DNA of 64,000 nt. Origin: Chitinophagaceae bacterium (GTDB lineage: Bacteria > Bacteroidota > Bacteroidia > Chitinophagales > Chitinophagaceae). The translations under genes were made by a program, and so were the position numbers. Positions 1 to 9,148 of the stretch are shown here, one piece after another (position 1 is the stretch's first letter; every line of letters starts with the position of its first letter). The notes under the pieces were generated by a model. It worked only from the letters and a program-made list of their open reading frames with translations, made no database searches and was not told the origin of the DNA. The stretch covers positions 97 to 64,096 of the forward strand of contig JAFBAN010000248.1 of assembly GCA_019247775.1 (NCBI GenBank). The letters run 5' to 3'.

Positions 1-2
1 GC

Positions 3-1121
3 AGGCAGGAAAATCGCCAGGCCGAAGCGCCGCGCCAGCAGCCGCAGAGCAACGACAATGCTCAACGGGGCGGATGGCAGCGTCAGCAACAACCTCAGCA
101 GCCACAAGCGCAGGCACAGCCGCAGGCAAATGAAGGCCGCCAGCGTCAATGGCAGCAGCAGGCGCAGGAAGCGCAGCGTGCCAACGAAGGTCGTCAGCGC
201 GAGTGGCAGCAGCAGGCACAAAACCAGCAGCGTGCACAGGAAGCACAACGCGCTAATGAAAACCGTCAGCGCGAATGGCAGCAGCAGGCACAGAACCAGC
301 AGCGTGCACAGGAAGCGCAACGCGCCAATGAAAACCGCCAGCGCGAATGGCAGCAGCAACAACAGCGTTCGCAGGAAATACAGCGTACCAATGAGCGTAG
401 CCGCGAAGCCCAGCGTGCTGTCGAAAGCCGTCAGCGTGAGTGGCAGCAGCGAGACCAGGTAACCATGAACCGCGACAGGAACAATGTTTTCAACAACCGT
501 CAATACCAGCAAAGAAACCAGGAGGTTTACCGCCAGAGCAATGGCAGGTATGCCAACAGCAAGCTGAGGGTATATGCCAATAACTACCAGCCGCGTTATA
601 ACCGCGCTCCGATAAGCTGGAAGGGTCGTAATTACTATACTTTCAACACGTATAGCTACCATCCCTACAGGGCTTACAACTATGGTTCGTTCTTTCACCC
701 TTATGGTTATTTCAGGGCTTCACTTGGTTCACTGGCAGTGAGGATCATATTAGGCAACAGGCCTTACTGGTACGACCAGGGTGTATACTATGAGCCGTAC
801 AATAACGGATACCAGGTAGTACAGGCTCCAGAGGGCGCTTATATTCCGCAACTGCCTTACGGCGCCAGCAGTTTTGAGCTGGAAGGATATACCTACTACT
901 ATTTCGCCGGTGTATTCTATGCGGCTGATGAGCGGGGCTACTATGTGATCCCAGCTCCTCCGGGCGCTATCGTTTACGATCTGCCTGAAGGCGCAAGCGA
1001 GTTCAACGTAAATGGAATGACTTACCTCCAGTATGGTGATGCTGTGTTCCAGCCGATCACACTCAATGGCAGGTATGCTTACGAAGTGGTTGAACTGGAA
1101 GATGACTATCAGAATTATTAA
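3..1121 (+). CDS. DUF6515-like protein with Gln/Arg-rich repetitive N-terminal region (5' partial)
   Basis: Frame 3 is open from position 3 (RQENRQAEAPRQQPQ...RQREWQQQ...) straight into the track ORF 465..1121. The C-terminal domain has Tyr-rich YYYFAGVFY and GYxVxxAPxG repeats. Confidence 0.75.
   Translation, partial: RQENRQAEAPRQQPQSNDNAQRGGWQRQQQPQQPQAQAQPQANEGRQRQWQQQAQEAQRANEGRQREWQQQAQNQQRAQEAQRANENRQREWQQQAQNQQRAQEAQRANENRQREWQQQQQRSQEIQRTNERSREAQRAVESRQREWQQRDQVTMNRDRNNVFNNRQYQQRNQEVYRQSNGRYANSKLRVYANNYQPRYNRAPISWKGRNYYTFNTYSYHPYRAYNYGSFFHPYGYFRASLGSLAVRIILGNRPYWYDQGVYYEPYNNGYQVVQAPEGAYIPQLPYGASSFELEGYTYYYFAGVFYAADERGYYVIPAPPGAIVYDLPEGASEFNVNGMTYLQYGDAVFQPITLNGRYAYEVVELEDDYQNY
162..378 (+). 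repeat. Coding tandem repeat, about 72 bp (24 aa) unit
   Basis: The unit AQEAQRANENRQREWQQQAQNQQR is present in 2 near-perfect copies plus degenerate flanking copies. Confidence 0.85.
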
Positions 1122-1140
1122 TAGTTGTTCAATAATATAC

Positions 1141-1172
1141 AAGCCGCTTACTCAGGTAAGCGGCTTTTTTTT
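1141..1172 (+). terminator. Intrinsic terminator between convergent genes
   Basis: Perfect 11-bp stem aagccgcttac-tcag-gtaagcggctt followed by a T-run. It overlaps the last codons of the glycerate kinase gene. Confidence 0.85.
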
Positions 1173-2290
1173 GCTAGGCGGTTGCCGAGATCTTTGGAGC
1201 AGCGCACCAGGTTCGGTCCTGTGGCAGCCAGTGCAGCAGCGAGGCCGGTATCTTCTTCGTTAATGTTGATCAGCTCCATAAAATATTGCAGCAACCCGGA
1301 GCGGTCTTCTGCTTCGATCTTTCCCGCCATTGCTATCACGGGCACCTGTAGTTGCCGGCTGTGCATGGCCACACCGTAGGGCGCCTTGCCGTCGAGCGTC
1401 TGCCGGTCGAGGCTGCCTTCGCCGGTGATAACAAGATCTGCTGTACGCAGTGCGCTGTCAAAATCGGTGAGCTGCATAAAATGATCGATGCCGTTCACGA
1501 GCGCTGCGCCCATTATACCATGCAGGCCCGCAGCCACTCCGCCGGCCGCGCCGCCATGTTCGATCTCACCGACTGCACGACCTGTTTGTTTCTGAATGAT
1601 CGATGCCAGCTGTCTCAATCCTGCTTCAAGTAGATGTAGCTGCTGTGGAGAAGCTCCTTTCTGCGGGCCGAATACAGCAGCAGCGCCGTTATCCCCCAGC
1701 AGCGGATTACGCACATCGCAGAGAACGGTGAGGTTAAGTTGTCTATACCTGTGGGCCGGCGAATCATCGATGCTGGTCAATCCATTTTGAATTGCTGCGA
1801 TACTTTCCAGCTCATTTCCTTTGCCGTCCAGGAACCGGAAACCCAGCGCACGCAATAAACCGCAACCGCCATCCACTGTGGCGCTTCCGCCTACACAAAG
1901 GATTATTTTTTTCGCGCCTTTCTCTATCGCCTGTTTTATCTGCAGGCCGGTGCCATAAGAAGATGCACGCATCGGATCGAGCTCATCGCTTTTCAGTAAA
2001 CGCAGTCCTGATGCTGCCGCCATTTCGATCACTGCTGTCCGCCCGTTATCGATCAGCCCGAATTCAGCATTGATAGATCTGCCCAGCGGATCCCGGACAG
2101 GCGATACAATTATTTCTCCCCTGCACTGGTGAGTGATCAGCGCACCCGTGCCGTCGCCGCCGTCGCCAACCGGGAACAGCGTGGTGGTGCATACAAGATC
2201 ACTTTGTTCCAGTCCTTCACGGATGGCTTCCGCCGCAGCGGCTGCCGGCAGACTATTCTTAAAAGTATTTGGCGCAATAAGGATTCGCAT
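1148..2290 (-). CDS. glxK: Glycerate kinase
   Basis: N-terminal IAPNTFKNSL, plus DGGDGT, GGSATVDGG, FGPQKGA and TGEG motifs of the GlxK/GarK family. Confidence 0.92.
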   Translation of the reverse strand: MRILIAPNTFKNSLPAAAAAEAIREGLEQSDLVCTTTLFPVGDGGDGTGALITHQCRGEIIVSPVRDPLGRSINAEFGLIDNGRTAVIEMAAASGLRLLKSDELDPMRASSYGTGLQIKQAIEKGAKKIILCVGGSATVDGGCGLLRALGFRFLDGKGNELESIAAIQNGLTSIDDSPAHRYRQLNLTVLCDVRNPLLGDNGAAAVFGPQKGASPQQLHLLEAGLRQLASIIQKQTGRAVGEIEHGGAAGGVAAGLHGIMGAALVNGIDHFMQLTDFDSALRTADLVITGEGSLDRQTLDGKAPYGVAMHSRQLQVPVIAMAGKIEAEDRSGLLQYFMELININEEDTGLAAALAATGPNLVRCSKDLGNRLAKKSRLPE

Positions 2291-2291
2291 G

Positions 2292-3617
2292 TTATAGCAA
2301 AAAAGAAAACAGGTATATGGTTGCCAGTGAAATTAGTCCCATCAGGATGGTAGCTATCGAATATACCCGCAGCATTTCCTTCATCCCGATCTTTTCGAAT
2401 CTGGAGATCACCCAGAAATAGGCATCGTTGGCATGCGAGATCATCATGGAACCCGCGCCCATAGCCAGTACGCAAAGCAGTTTGCCATCGGGACTTGTAA
2501 ATCCCAGTGCCGGCAACAGGGGTTGAATGATGGAGGCGCCTGTTATGATCGCCACGGTGGATGAGCCCTGCGCCGTTTTGAGTACGAAGCAAAGCAGGAA
2601 GGGGAACAGCAGGCCCATGCCGGCGAGCGGCAGCGCTTCGCTGAACAGCGGTCCGATCTTCGTGGCATTCAGCACCGCGCCAAATCCGCCGCCCGCTCCG
2701 ATGATCACTAATATGCCGCCGGCTTTTTCAGCGCCTTCCTGCAGCCAGCCCGTCAATCCGTTACGGTTCTTTTTTGTGATCAGCGTAATCGCCAGCAGCA
2801 ATCCGATCGCAAGCGCTACAACAGGATCGCCCAGGACCAACAGGATGGAATTAGCTTTTCCGTTTTTTTCGATCGCCAAAAAAGACCTGGCCGCGATCAA
2901 CAGTACGGGAACAATCACCGGAAGGAAAGAATGCAGTACACCCGGACCATCTGCCGCTATCGGTTCATCCACTGTGTCGGGATGATCTGTGGTTGCAGCC
3001 ATTTTCATTCCAGCATAGCGGGCATAAATATTTCCGATCAGCATGGCCGGGATGGCAACAAGTATACCGGCAAGGATCAGTTTTCCATAATCCACTCCCA
3101 GTGTGGAGGCTGCAGCGGCTGCGCCGGGATGCGGCGGGATCAGGCAATGCACCGAATACAGGCCGGTAGCCATGGCTACTGCCAATACTACCACGGGCAT
3201 ATTGGTCTTTCGGGCGAATGATGCATTCAGTCCGCTCAATACAATAAAACCCGAATCGCAGAACAGTGGCATACCTACGATAAAGCCGGTGATGCCCATG
3301 GCCATGGCTGGGTATTTTTTACCGATCGTGCGCATGAGAAAACCGGCCATCTTTCGGGTGCTGCCCGTTTTTTCAAGCACCGCGCCGAGGGCCGTGCCAA
3401 GCACAATGATCAGCCCGAGTGAACGCATGATATTCCCGAATCCTTCTTTGACAAAATTCACCACGTCTCCAACAGGCAATCCAACACCGGTGCCTACCAG
3501 CAGGGAAGCGATCAGCAGGGCGAAGAACGGATGCAGCCGGAACCGGGTTGTAAGCAGCACGATGGCCACAATCCCGATAAGCAGGCAGAACAGGACAAGG
3601 TAAAGTGAGGGTTGCAT
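2292..3617 (-). CDS. GntP family permease
   Basis: Multi-TM protein with HPFFAL, PPHPG, KTAQGSSTVA and SHANDAYFW motifs. 1 bp from glxK. ATG at 3617 (alternative TTG at 3626). Confidence 0.9.
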   Translation of the reverse strand: MQPSLYLVLFCLLIGIVAIVLLTTRFRLHPFFALLIASLLVGTGVGLPVGDVVNFVKEGFGNIMRSLGLIIVLGTALGAVLEKTGSTRKMAGFLMRTIGKKYPAMAMGITGFIVGMPLFCDSGFIVLSGLNASFARKTNMPVVVLAVAMATGLYSVHCLIPPHPGAAAAASTLGVDYGKLILAGILVAIPAMLIGNIYARYAGMKMAATTDHPDTVDEPIAADGPGVLHSFLPVIVPVLLIAARSFLAIEKNGKANSILLVLGDPVVALAIGLLLAITLITKKNRNGLTGWLQEGAEKAGGILVIIGAGGGFGAVLNATKIGPLFSEALPLAGMGLLFPFLLCFVLKTAQGSSTVAIITGASIIQPLLPALGFTSPDGKLLCVLAMGAGSMMISHANDAYFWVISRFEKIGMKEMLRVYSIATILMGLISLATIYLFSFLL

Positions 3618-3625
3618 GGAAGACA

Positions 3626-3738
3626 AATTAATAATTAATAATTAGTAATTAATAATGAGGTCTGGTGGATTGCGGGAACTGCAGGTGATCGGAAAACAGC
3701 ACCACCAATTATTAATTATTAATTACTAATTATTAATT
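3626..3738. repeat. AT-only heptamer-unit arms forming a 24-bp inverted repeat
   Basis: aattaataattagtaattaataat (3633-3656) is the reverse complement of the first 24 nt read inward from 3738. Confidence 0.85.
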
Positions 3739-3752
3739 GCCGAAGCCCCCAA

Positions 3753-3760
3753 TATCTTTG
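3753..3760 (+). promoter_or_regulatory. Bacteroidota sigma70 -7 element (TAnnTTTG)
   Basis: tatctttg lies 3 nt before the nitroreductase ATG. Confidence 0.65.
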
Positions 3761-3763
3761 CGC

Positions 3764-4345
3764 ATGAACACATTCGAATATTTACAATCGATCATCCGCC
3801 AGCGGCGCAGCATCAAACCGGCTGACATGAATGGCAGCATTATCGATGAATCGCAACTTCGGGAACTGTTTGAACTGGCAGACTGGGCGCCAACGCATGG
3901 CCGAACCGAACCCTGGCGCTTTATCGTGTACGGAGCTGAAGCTAAAAAACAATTCTGCCTCGATCATGCTGCGCTATACCAGGCAAATACCAGTGAAGAA
4001 AAATTCAACCAGGGCAAATTCGAAAAACTGCAGCAGCAGGGCGACACCTTATCGCATATAGTGATCGCTTACATGAAACGCACTACGGGTCATACCATTC
4101 CCCCCATCGAAGAAACAGCGGCCACTGCGGCGGCCATAGAAAATTTTTTATTGGGCGCTGCCGCTCTGGGCATAGCGGCTTTGTGGAGTACGGGCGGGAT
4201 GACGCATCATCCTTCCATGAAAGAATATCTCGGGCTGGGGGATGAAGACCTGGTACTTGGACTTTTGATGCTCGGCTATTCCGATAAGCCGGCTGTCGCC
4301 GGTAAACGGAATATTCCGGTGGAGCAGAAGGTTGTGTGGAAATAA
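3764..4345 (+). CDS. Nitroreductase family protein (YdjA-like)
   Basis: RRSIK, WAPTHGRTEPWRF and W-S-T-G-G motifs. ATG at 3764. Confidence 0.9.
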   Translation: MNTFEYLQSIIRQRRSIKPADMNGSIIDESQLRELFELADWAPTHGRTEPWRFIVYGAEAKKQFCLDHAALYQANTSEEKFNQGKFEKLQQQGDTLSHIVIAYMKRTTGHTIPPIEETAATAAAIENFLLGAAALGIAALWSTGGMTHHPSMKEYLGLGDEDLVLGLLMLGYSDKPAVAGKRNIPVEQKVVWK

Positions 4346-4367
4346 AAAATTTATGCAAGCTGAACTA

Positions 4368-4514
4368 TATGCAACATTGCGCTCCGGGGCCGCTGGGCCC
4401 CGTCTTTGTTCCGCGGCTACTTTCTCTGCTATCGAAACCAGCTTCGCATGGTTTCGATTGGCATCGCTCCGCTCGCCACCGCAGACAAAGAGGCCGCTCA
4501 ACAAGGACTGCATA
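4368..4514 (-). repeat. Structured intergenic element, copy 1
   Basis: Ends are tatgca/tgcata, with an internal hairpin atcgaaacca/tggtttcgat (4431-4458). Flank blocks are shared in inverted orientation with 4631-4760. Confidence 0.6.
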
Positions 4515-4520
4515 GAATAA

Positions 4521-4572
4521 AAACGCAGAAAGCCGAAGGCTAAATGCAGAAGGCTAAACGCAGAAGGCGAAA
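4521..4572. repeat. Degenerate gcagaaggctaaa repeat with an inverted partner at 4819-4850
   Basis: aaggctaaatgcagaaggc versus the reverse complement of gccttcgcatttggcctt. Confidence 0.6.
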
Positions 4573-4630
4573 AAAGCATTTGGCTGCACAACCTGCCGCA
4601 TCCTACCTCCGCACATCTAAGCAGTACCTG

Positions 4631-4760
4631 CGGACGGGCCTCTCTTCTTACGATGCGAGCGAAGCGCAGCAGAAAAAATGATCCCCACGGTACCGTGGGG
4701 ACTTTTTTCAGGAAGAAAAGTAGCCCGGTAGCAGGTACGAGGCCCAGCGGCCCGAGCGAC
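4631..4760 (+). repeat. Structured intergenic element, copy 2
   Basis: Perfect 20-bp palindrome tccccacggtaccgtgggga (4682-4701) between conserved blocks gcgagcg-agcg and agaaaagtagcc...ggcccagcggccc. Confidence 0.6.
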
Positions 4761-4925
4761 AGTAGCCGCAACTGGAATACCGGATGACTGTACATTGCGC
4801 CGCCAAACGTGTTTCTATTGCCTTCGCATTTGGCCTTAGGCCTTCAGCTCTCAGCACCGGGGAATTCATCAAATGATATTAAAGCGACTGCTAATAAAAT
4901 TGTTTCTTTGCCTGAAAACCGACGC

Positions 4926-5498
4926 ATGAGCCCGCAACGGAAATTGATCATTCTTACTGCCCCTTCCGGTTCGGGTAAGACCTCTATTACGCGTTTTCTT
5001 ACGGCCAAGTATCCGGCGCTTTCGTTTTCGATCTCTGCCACTACACGTGCTCCGCGGGGCACCGAAAAAGACGGGGTGGAATATTATTTCATCAGCGTGG
5101 AAGAATTCCAGCACAGGATCAGCGAACATGCTTTTATAGAATGGGAAATGGTATACGAAGGAAAATATTACGGCACCCTGAATGCCGAACTGGAACGCAT
5201 CTGGGGTGCAGGCAAGATACCGGTGCTGGATATCGACGTGAAAGGCGCTATCCATGTGCAGCAGCAGCTGCCCGGAGATTGCCTCTCTATTTTTGTACAG
5301 CCTCCTTCAGTAGATGAATTGAAACGTCGGCTCGAAAGCCGCGGCACCGAAACGGCCGAAAGCCTGGCCACCCGCGTAAGTAAAGCGAGCTATGAAATGT
5401 CATTCTGCCATCATTTCAATAAGATCATTGTAAACGATAATCTGGAACGGGCCTGTGCGGAGACAGAACAGGCGATCAGCGAGTTTTTAGGCTGGTAG
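4926..5498 (+). CDS. gmk: Guanylate kinase
   Basis: P-loop APSGSGKTS, SATTRAPR and EGKYYGT. The upstream extension in the track is repeat DNA. Confidence 0.96.
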   Translation: MSPQRKLIILTAPSGSGKTSITRFLTAKYPALSFSISATTRAPRGTEKDGVEYYFISVEEFQHRISEHAFIEWEMVYEGKYYGTLNAELERIWGAGKIPVLDIDVKGAIHVQQQLPGDCLSIFVQPPSVDELKRRLESRGTETAESLATRVSKASYEMSFCHHFNKIIVNDNLERACAETEQAISEFLGW

Positions 5499-5512
5499 AT
5501 TACGGGCAGCTG

Positions 5513-5580
5513 TTTTAACACAAAGGCTCAGAGGTATTACAGTGGTCCCCGTGTGAACGCTATAAGTTCTGTGTTGAAAA
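5513..5580. repeat. acacagag-type palindromic intergenic element
   Basis: ttttaacacaaagg...ttctgtgttgaaaa. Relatives at 14201, 30059, 52611, 55932 and 59706. Confidence 0.65.
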
Positions 5581-5610
5581 AAACTCAATCTTTAACCCAG
5601 CAACTGATCT

Positions 5611-6429
5611 ATGTCATTTAAAAACAGAACCGTTTTGATCACCGGCGCCAGCAGAGGTATTGGCAAAGCCATTGCACTGCGGCTTGCCAAAGAAGGCGCC
5701 AATATTGTAATAGCAGCCAAAAGCGTTGAAGAAGACCCGCGGCTGGGCGGAACCATATTCTCCGCAGCCAAAGAGGTAGAAGCCGCCGGCGGACAGGCCC
5801 TGCCGGTGCAGGTCGATATCCGGCACGAAGAACAAATCATTTCTGCCATACAGCAGGCGGCGGAAAAATTCGGCGGTATAGATGCGGTCATCAATAATGC
5901 TTCTGCCATCCAGCTAACGCCAACAGAACAAACGGAAGCGAAACGTTTCGACCTGATGCAGAGCATCAATGTGCGCGGAACATTCCTGGTGGTGAAACAT
6001 TGCATCCCCTATCTCAAAAAAGGGAACAACCCGCATATCATTACCCTGTCGCCACCGATCAACCTGAACCCGAAATGGATGGGGGGACATATCGCCTACA
6101 CTATTACCAAATACAGCATGAGCATGCTGACGCTGGGCTGGGCTGCAGAACTGAAAGGCGCCGGCATTGCATCCAATGCACTCTGGCCGCGCACCACCAT
6201 CGATACCGCTGCAGTCAGGAATTTGCTGGGCGGCGAAGCCCTGGCCAAAATGAGCCGTACCACGGATATTCTCGCAGATGCGGTTTACTATATCCTTAGC
6301 AAACCCGCCACGCAATGCAGCGGCAATACGTTCATTGACGAAGAAGTACTGGCGGCCGAAGGGATTACCGATCTCGATAAATATGCCGTAGTATCAGGCG
6401 GACAGTTGTATCCGGATCTGTTTATTTGA
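5611..6429 (+). CDS. SDR family oxidoreductase (HSDL2-like catalytic domain)
   Basis: TGASRGIG, NNAS, catalytic YTITK and NALWPRT. Confidence 0.9.
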   Translation: MSFKNRTVLITGASRGIGKAIALRLAKEGANIVIAAKSVEEDPRLGGTIFSAAKEVEAAGGQALPVQVDIRHEEQIISAIQQAAEKFGGIDAVINNASAIQLTPTEQTEAKRFDLMQSINVRGTFLVVKHCIPYLKKGNNPHIITLSPPINLNPKWMGGHIAYTITKYSMSMLTLGWAAELKGAGIASNALWPRTTIDTAAVRNLLGGEALAKMSRTTDILADAVYYILSKPATQCSGNTFIDEEVLAAEGITDLDKYAVVSGGQLYPDLFI

Positions 6430-6441
6430 GGACTGATTAGC

Positions 6442-6525
6442 CCATAGTCCATGGTCCATGGTCTTTGCCGCAACTCGTGCTTAACTATGGACTGTGAACA
6501 AACTCCAGACTCCAAACTCCAGACT
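6442..6525. repeat. Heptamer tandem repeats (ccatggt; actccag)
   Basis: ccatagt ccatggt ccatggt, inverted partner actatggac, then actccag actccaa actccag. Confidence 0.8.
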
Positions 6526-8048
6526 TACCCAAAGTTCTCCGGCCTCATCTGCGGAAACAACAGCACATCCTGGATGGAGGGCTGATTGGTCATGAGCATG
6601 CACAAACGATCGATACCGATGCCGATACCCGAAGTAGGAGGCATGCCGTATTCCAGTGCGCGTAAAAAATCATGGTCGATGAACATCGCTTCCTCGTCGC
6701 CGCGTTCCATCAGTTTCAGCTGCTCCTCGAAACGTTCGCGCTGGTCTATGGGGTCATTGAGCTCCGTATACGCGTTGGCGATCTCCTTACCGTTCACCAT
6801 CAGTTCAAATCTTTCTACCAGTCCGGCTTTACTCCGGTGCTTTTTGGTGAGCGGGCTCATCTCCACCGGGTAGTCGATTATGAATGTGGGTTGAATATAC
6901 TTGTGTTCACTGGTAGCACCGAAGATCTCATCGATCAGTTTTCCTTTACCGATATTACCAGGCACATCGATCTTTAATTGTTTGCAGGTTTCGCGTAGTC
7001 CCGCCTCATCCATCTCGCTTACATCGATGCCCGTATTTTCTTTGATGGCATCATGGATGCTGATACGTTTGAACGGCGCTTTAAAGTTAATCGTCCTGTC
7101 TCCCAGCGGTACATCGGTGGTGCCATGCAGGGCGATGGCTATTTTTTCGATCAGCTGTTCCGTCACTTCCATCATCCACAGGTAATCCTTGTAAGCCGTG
7201 TACCATTCCAGCACAGTGAATTCGGGATTATGGGTACGATCCATTCCCTCATTCCTGAAATTACGGCTGAACTCGTATACCCAGTCGAAGCCGCCGACGA
7301 TCAGCCGCTTCAGGTAGAGTTCATTGGCAATGCGCAGGTAGAACGGTACATCGAGTGCATTGTGGTGTGTAATGAATGGTCTCGCAGCCGCTCCGCCGGG
7401 GATGGCCTGCAGCACAGGCGTATCAACCTCCAGGGCGCCCTGGGCATTCAAAAATTCCCGGATGGTATTGATCAGCTTTGTGCGTTTTTCAAACACCTGC
7501 TTTACTTCCGGATTGATCACCAGGTCGGCATAGCGCTGACGATAGCGGAATTCAGGATCGGTTACCGCATCGAAAACATTTCCTTCTTCGTCGCGCTTGG
7601 TTACCGGCAGCGGCTTCAGCGATTTGGCCAGCAGTACCAGGGTCTGGGCATGCACAGAGGTTTCGCCTGTCTTCGTCACAAATACAAAACCCGTTGAACC
7701 GATAAAATCGCCGAGATCGAGCCCGTGCTTGATCAGGTTATCCCAGAAGGATTTGTCTTCGCCCGGGCAGATATCATCTCTCCGCACATATAACTGGATA
7801 ATACCTTTGCTATCCTGCAGCTTGATAAAAAAAACCTTGCCTTTATCGTTGATGCTCATTACCCGGCCGGCCACGCATACCGAAGCGAACCGGTCTTTAT
7901 TTTCTTCCGAGAACTGTTCCTTAATATCGGCAGAGTAATGGGTAACGGGATATAAAGGAGCGGGATAAGGATCAACCCCCGCCTGCTGCAGCCTGGCGAG
8001 CTTTTCGCGGCGGATCTGTTCCTGTTCGGATAAATGCACTTGACTCAT
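6525..8048 (-). CDS. lysS: Lysyl-tRNA synthetase (class II)
   Basis: OB-fold N-terminus, RYRQRYADL, motif 2 FRNEGMDRTHNPEF and motif 3 YGMPPTSGIGIGIDRL. ATG at 8048; -7 box at 8069-8076. Confidence 0.98.
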   Translation of the reverse strand: MSQVHLSEQEQIRREKLARLQQAGVDPYPAPLYPVTHYSADIKEQFSEENKDRFASVCVAGRVMSINDKGKVFFIKLQDSKGIIQLYVRRDDICPGEDKSFWDNLIKHGLDLGDFIGSTGFVFVTKTGETSVHAQTLVLLAKSLKPLPVTKRDEEGNVFDAVTDPEFRYRQRYADLVINPEVKQVFEKRTKLINTIREFLNAQGALEVDTPVLQAIPGGAAARPFITHHNALDVPFYLRIANELYLKRLIVGGFDWVYEFSRNFRNEGMDRTHNPEFTVLEWYTAYKDYLWMMEVTEQLIEKIAIALHGTTDVPLGDRTINFKAPFKRISIHDAIKENTGIDVSEMDEAGLRETCKQLKIDVPGNIGKGKLIDEIFGATSEHKYIQPTFIIDYPVEMSPLTKKHRSKAGLVERFELMVNGKEIANAYTELNDPIDQRERFEEQLKLMERGDEEAMFIDHDFLRALEYGMPPTSGIGIGIDRLCMLMTNQPSIQDVLLFPQMRPENFG

Positions 8049-8094
8049 AATAACACATTGAAAGGATGCAAAGATAGGCGCTGAGCCGGATAGC

Positions 8095-8568
8095 TTATCC
8101 GTTTGTATGCGGCGGCTGGTTATAAACTTCGTTGTTGAGTATCTGCATGAACCGTGGCACCAGTTCTTCGGCCAGCGGCTTCCATCCGAACTGCTCGTAC
8201 AGGCCATGCGCATCGCGCGTAGCAAGCACCCAGCGACGGAAGCCCTGCAATTCAGGATGAGCGTGGATCTCCTGCAGCAAGCGCTTCGACAGACCCCTGC
8301 CCCGATGTGCCGGCAAAATGAATACATCGGCGAGGTAAGCGAATGTGGCTTTATCGGTTACCAGGCGCGCAAACCCGATCTGCGCCTTGCCATGATAAAC
8401 GCCAAAACAGAATGAGTTGGCAACAGCGCGTTGTACTGTCTGCATGGGAACGCCTTTGGCCCAGTAGGATTCGCCGGACAGGTATCCATGAATTACAGTA
8501 AGATCAAGCTTTGATGGATCTGTACTGATGGAATACTCCGCATTATTGTTTTGAGGATCTGCGCTCAT
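8095..8568 (-). CDS. GNAT family N-acetyltransferase
   Basis: SYWAKG, QIGFARLVTD, LADVFI, RGRGLSK and DAHGLY motifs. Confidence 0.9.
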   Translation of the reverse strand: MSADPQNNNAEYSISTDPSKLDLTVIHGYLSGESYWAKGVPMQTVQRAVANSFCFGVYHGKAQIGFARLVTDKATFAYLADVFILPAHRGRGLSKRLLQEIHAHPELQGFRRWVLATRDAHGLYEQFGWKPLAEELVPRFMQILNNEVYNQPPHTNG

Positions 8569-9148
8569 GAAAAAGTTTTTCATATACGGTATCGGTTGAA
8601 AGCTTCAGCATATCGCCCGGCCTCATGCCATCGATGCTGAGCCCTTCCATCCGGTACCTGATCAGCCGCAAGGTAGGAAATCCCACTGCAGCCGTCATCT
8701 TTCGCACCTGCCTGTTCTTGCCTTCCGTTAATGTGACACTGATCCAGGGAGCGGGGATTTCTTTACGGAAACGGATCGGCGGATCTCTCTCGGGCACAGG
8801 CGGCGGGGATTCGAAAAGCCTGGCTTTGCACGGCAAGGTACGATGGGGCTTGCCGTCTATGGTGATGGTCACGCCCTTTCTAAGTTGCTGCAGAGCATCG
8901 TTGGCAATAGCGCCATCCACCTGTACCCAGTACTCGCGTTCATGACTGAATTTCGGGTTGAGTAGACGGTGATTGAGCCGGGTATCATTCGTAAGCAATA
9001 ACAATCCTTCGCTATCGTAATCCAGTCTGCCCACCGGATACACATCACGTGGTACTTTGAAAAAGTCGGTAAGGGTCTGCTTTTTTTCGGCTGCTGAAAA
9101 CTGCGAGAGTACCTGGAACGGCTTGTAGATTAGGAAGTGATCGTTCAT
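8543..9148 (-). CDS. Pseudouridine synthase (RsuA/RluE-like)
   Basis: KPFQVLSQF, catalytic GRLDYDSEGLLLLT and EGKNRQVRKM. Confidence 0.92.
   Translation of the reverse strand: MNDHFLIYKPFQVLSQFSAAEKKQTLTDFFKVPRDVYPVGRLDYDSEGLLLLTNDTRLNHRLLNPKFSHEREYWVQVDGAIANDALQQLRKGVTITIDGKPHRTLPCKARLFESPPPVPERDPPIRFRKEIPAPWISVTLTEGKNRQVRKMTAAVGFPTLRLIRYRMEGLSIDGMRPGDMLKLSTDTVYEKLFHERRSSKQ

Noticed and set aside
58-462. Track ORF of 134 aa (Ser/Arg-rich)
   Set aside because: It is an off-frame shadow of the Gln-rich repeats. Frame 3 is open and continuous with 465..1121.
4148-4795. 215-aa minus-strand ORF across the structured elements, considered as a small transposase
   Set aside because: It has no HuH or DDE motifs, overlaps the nitroreductase antisense, and has a composition typical of repeat DNA.
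8049-8094. Lys-rich leader upstream of lysS, by analogy with cysS
   Set aside because: The spacer is short, holds only a -7 box, and has no small ORF.
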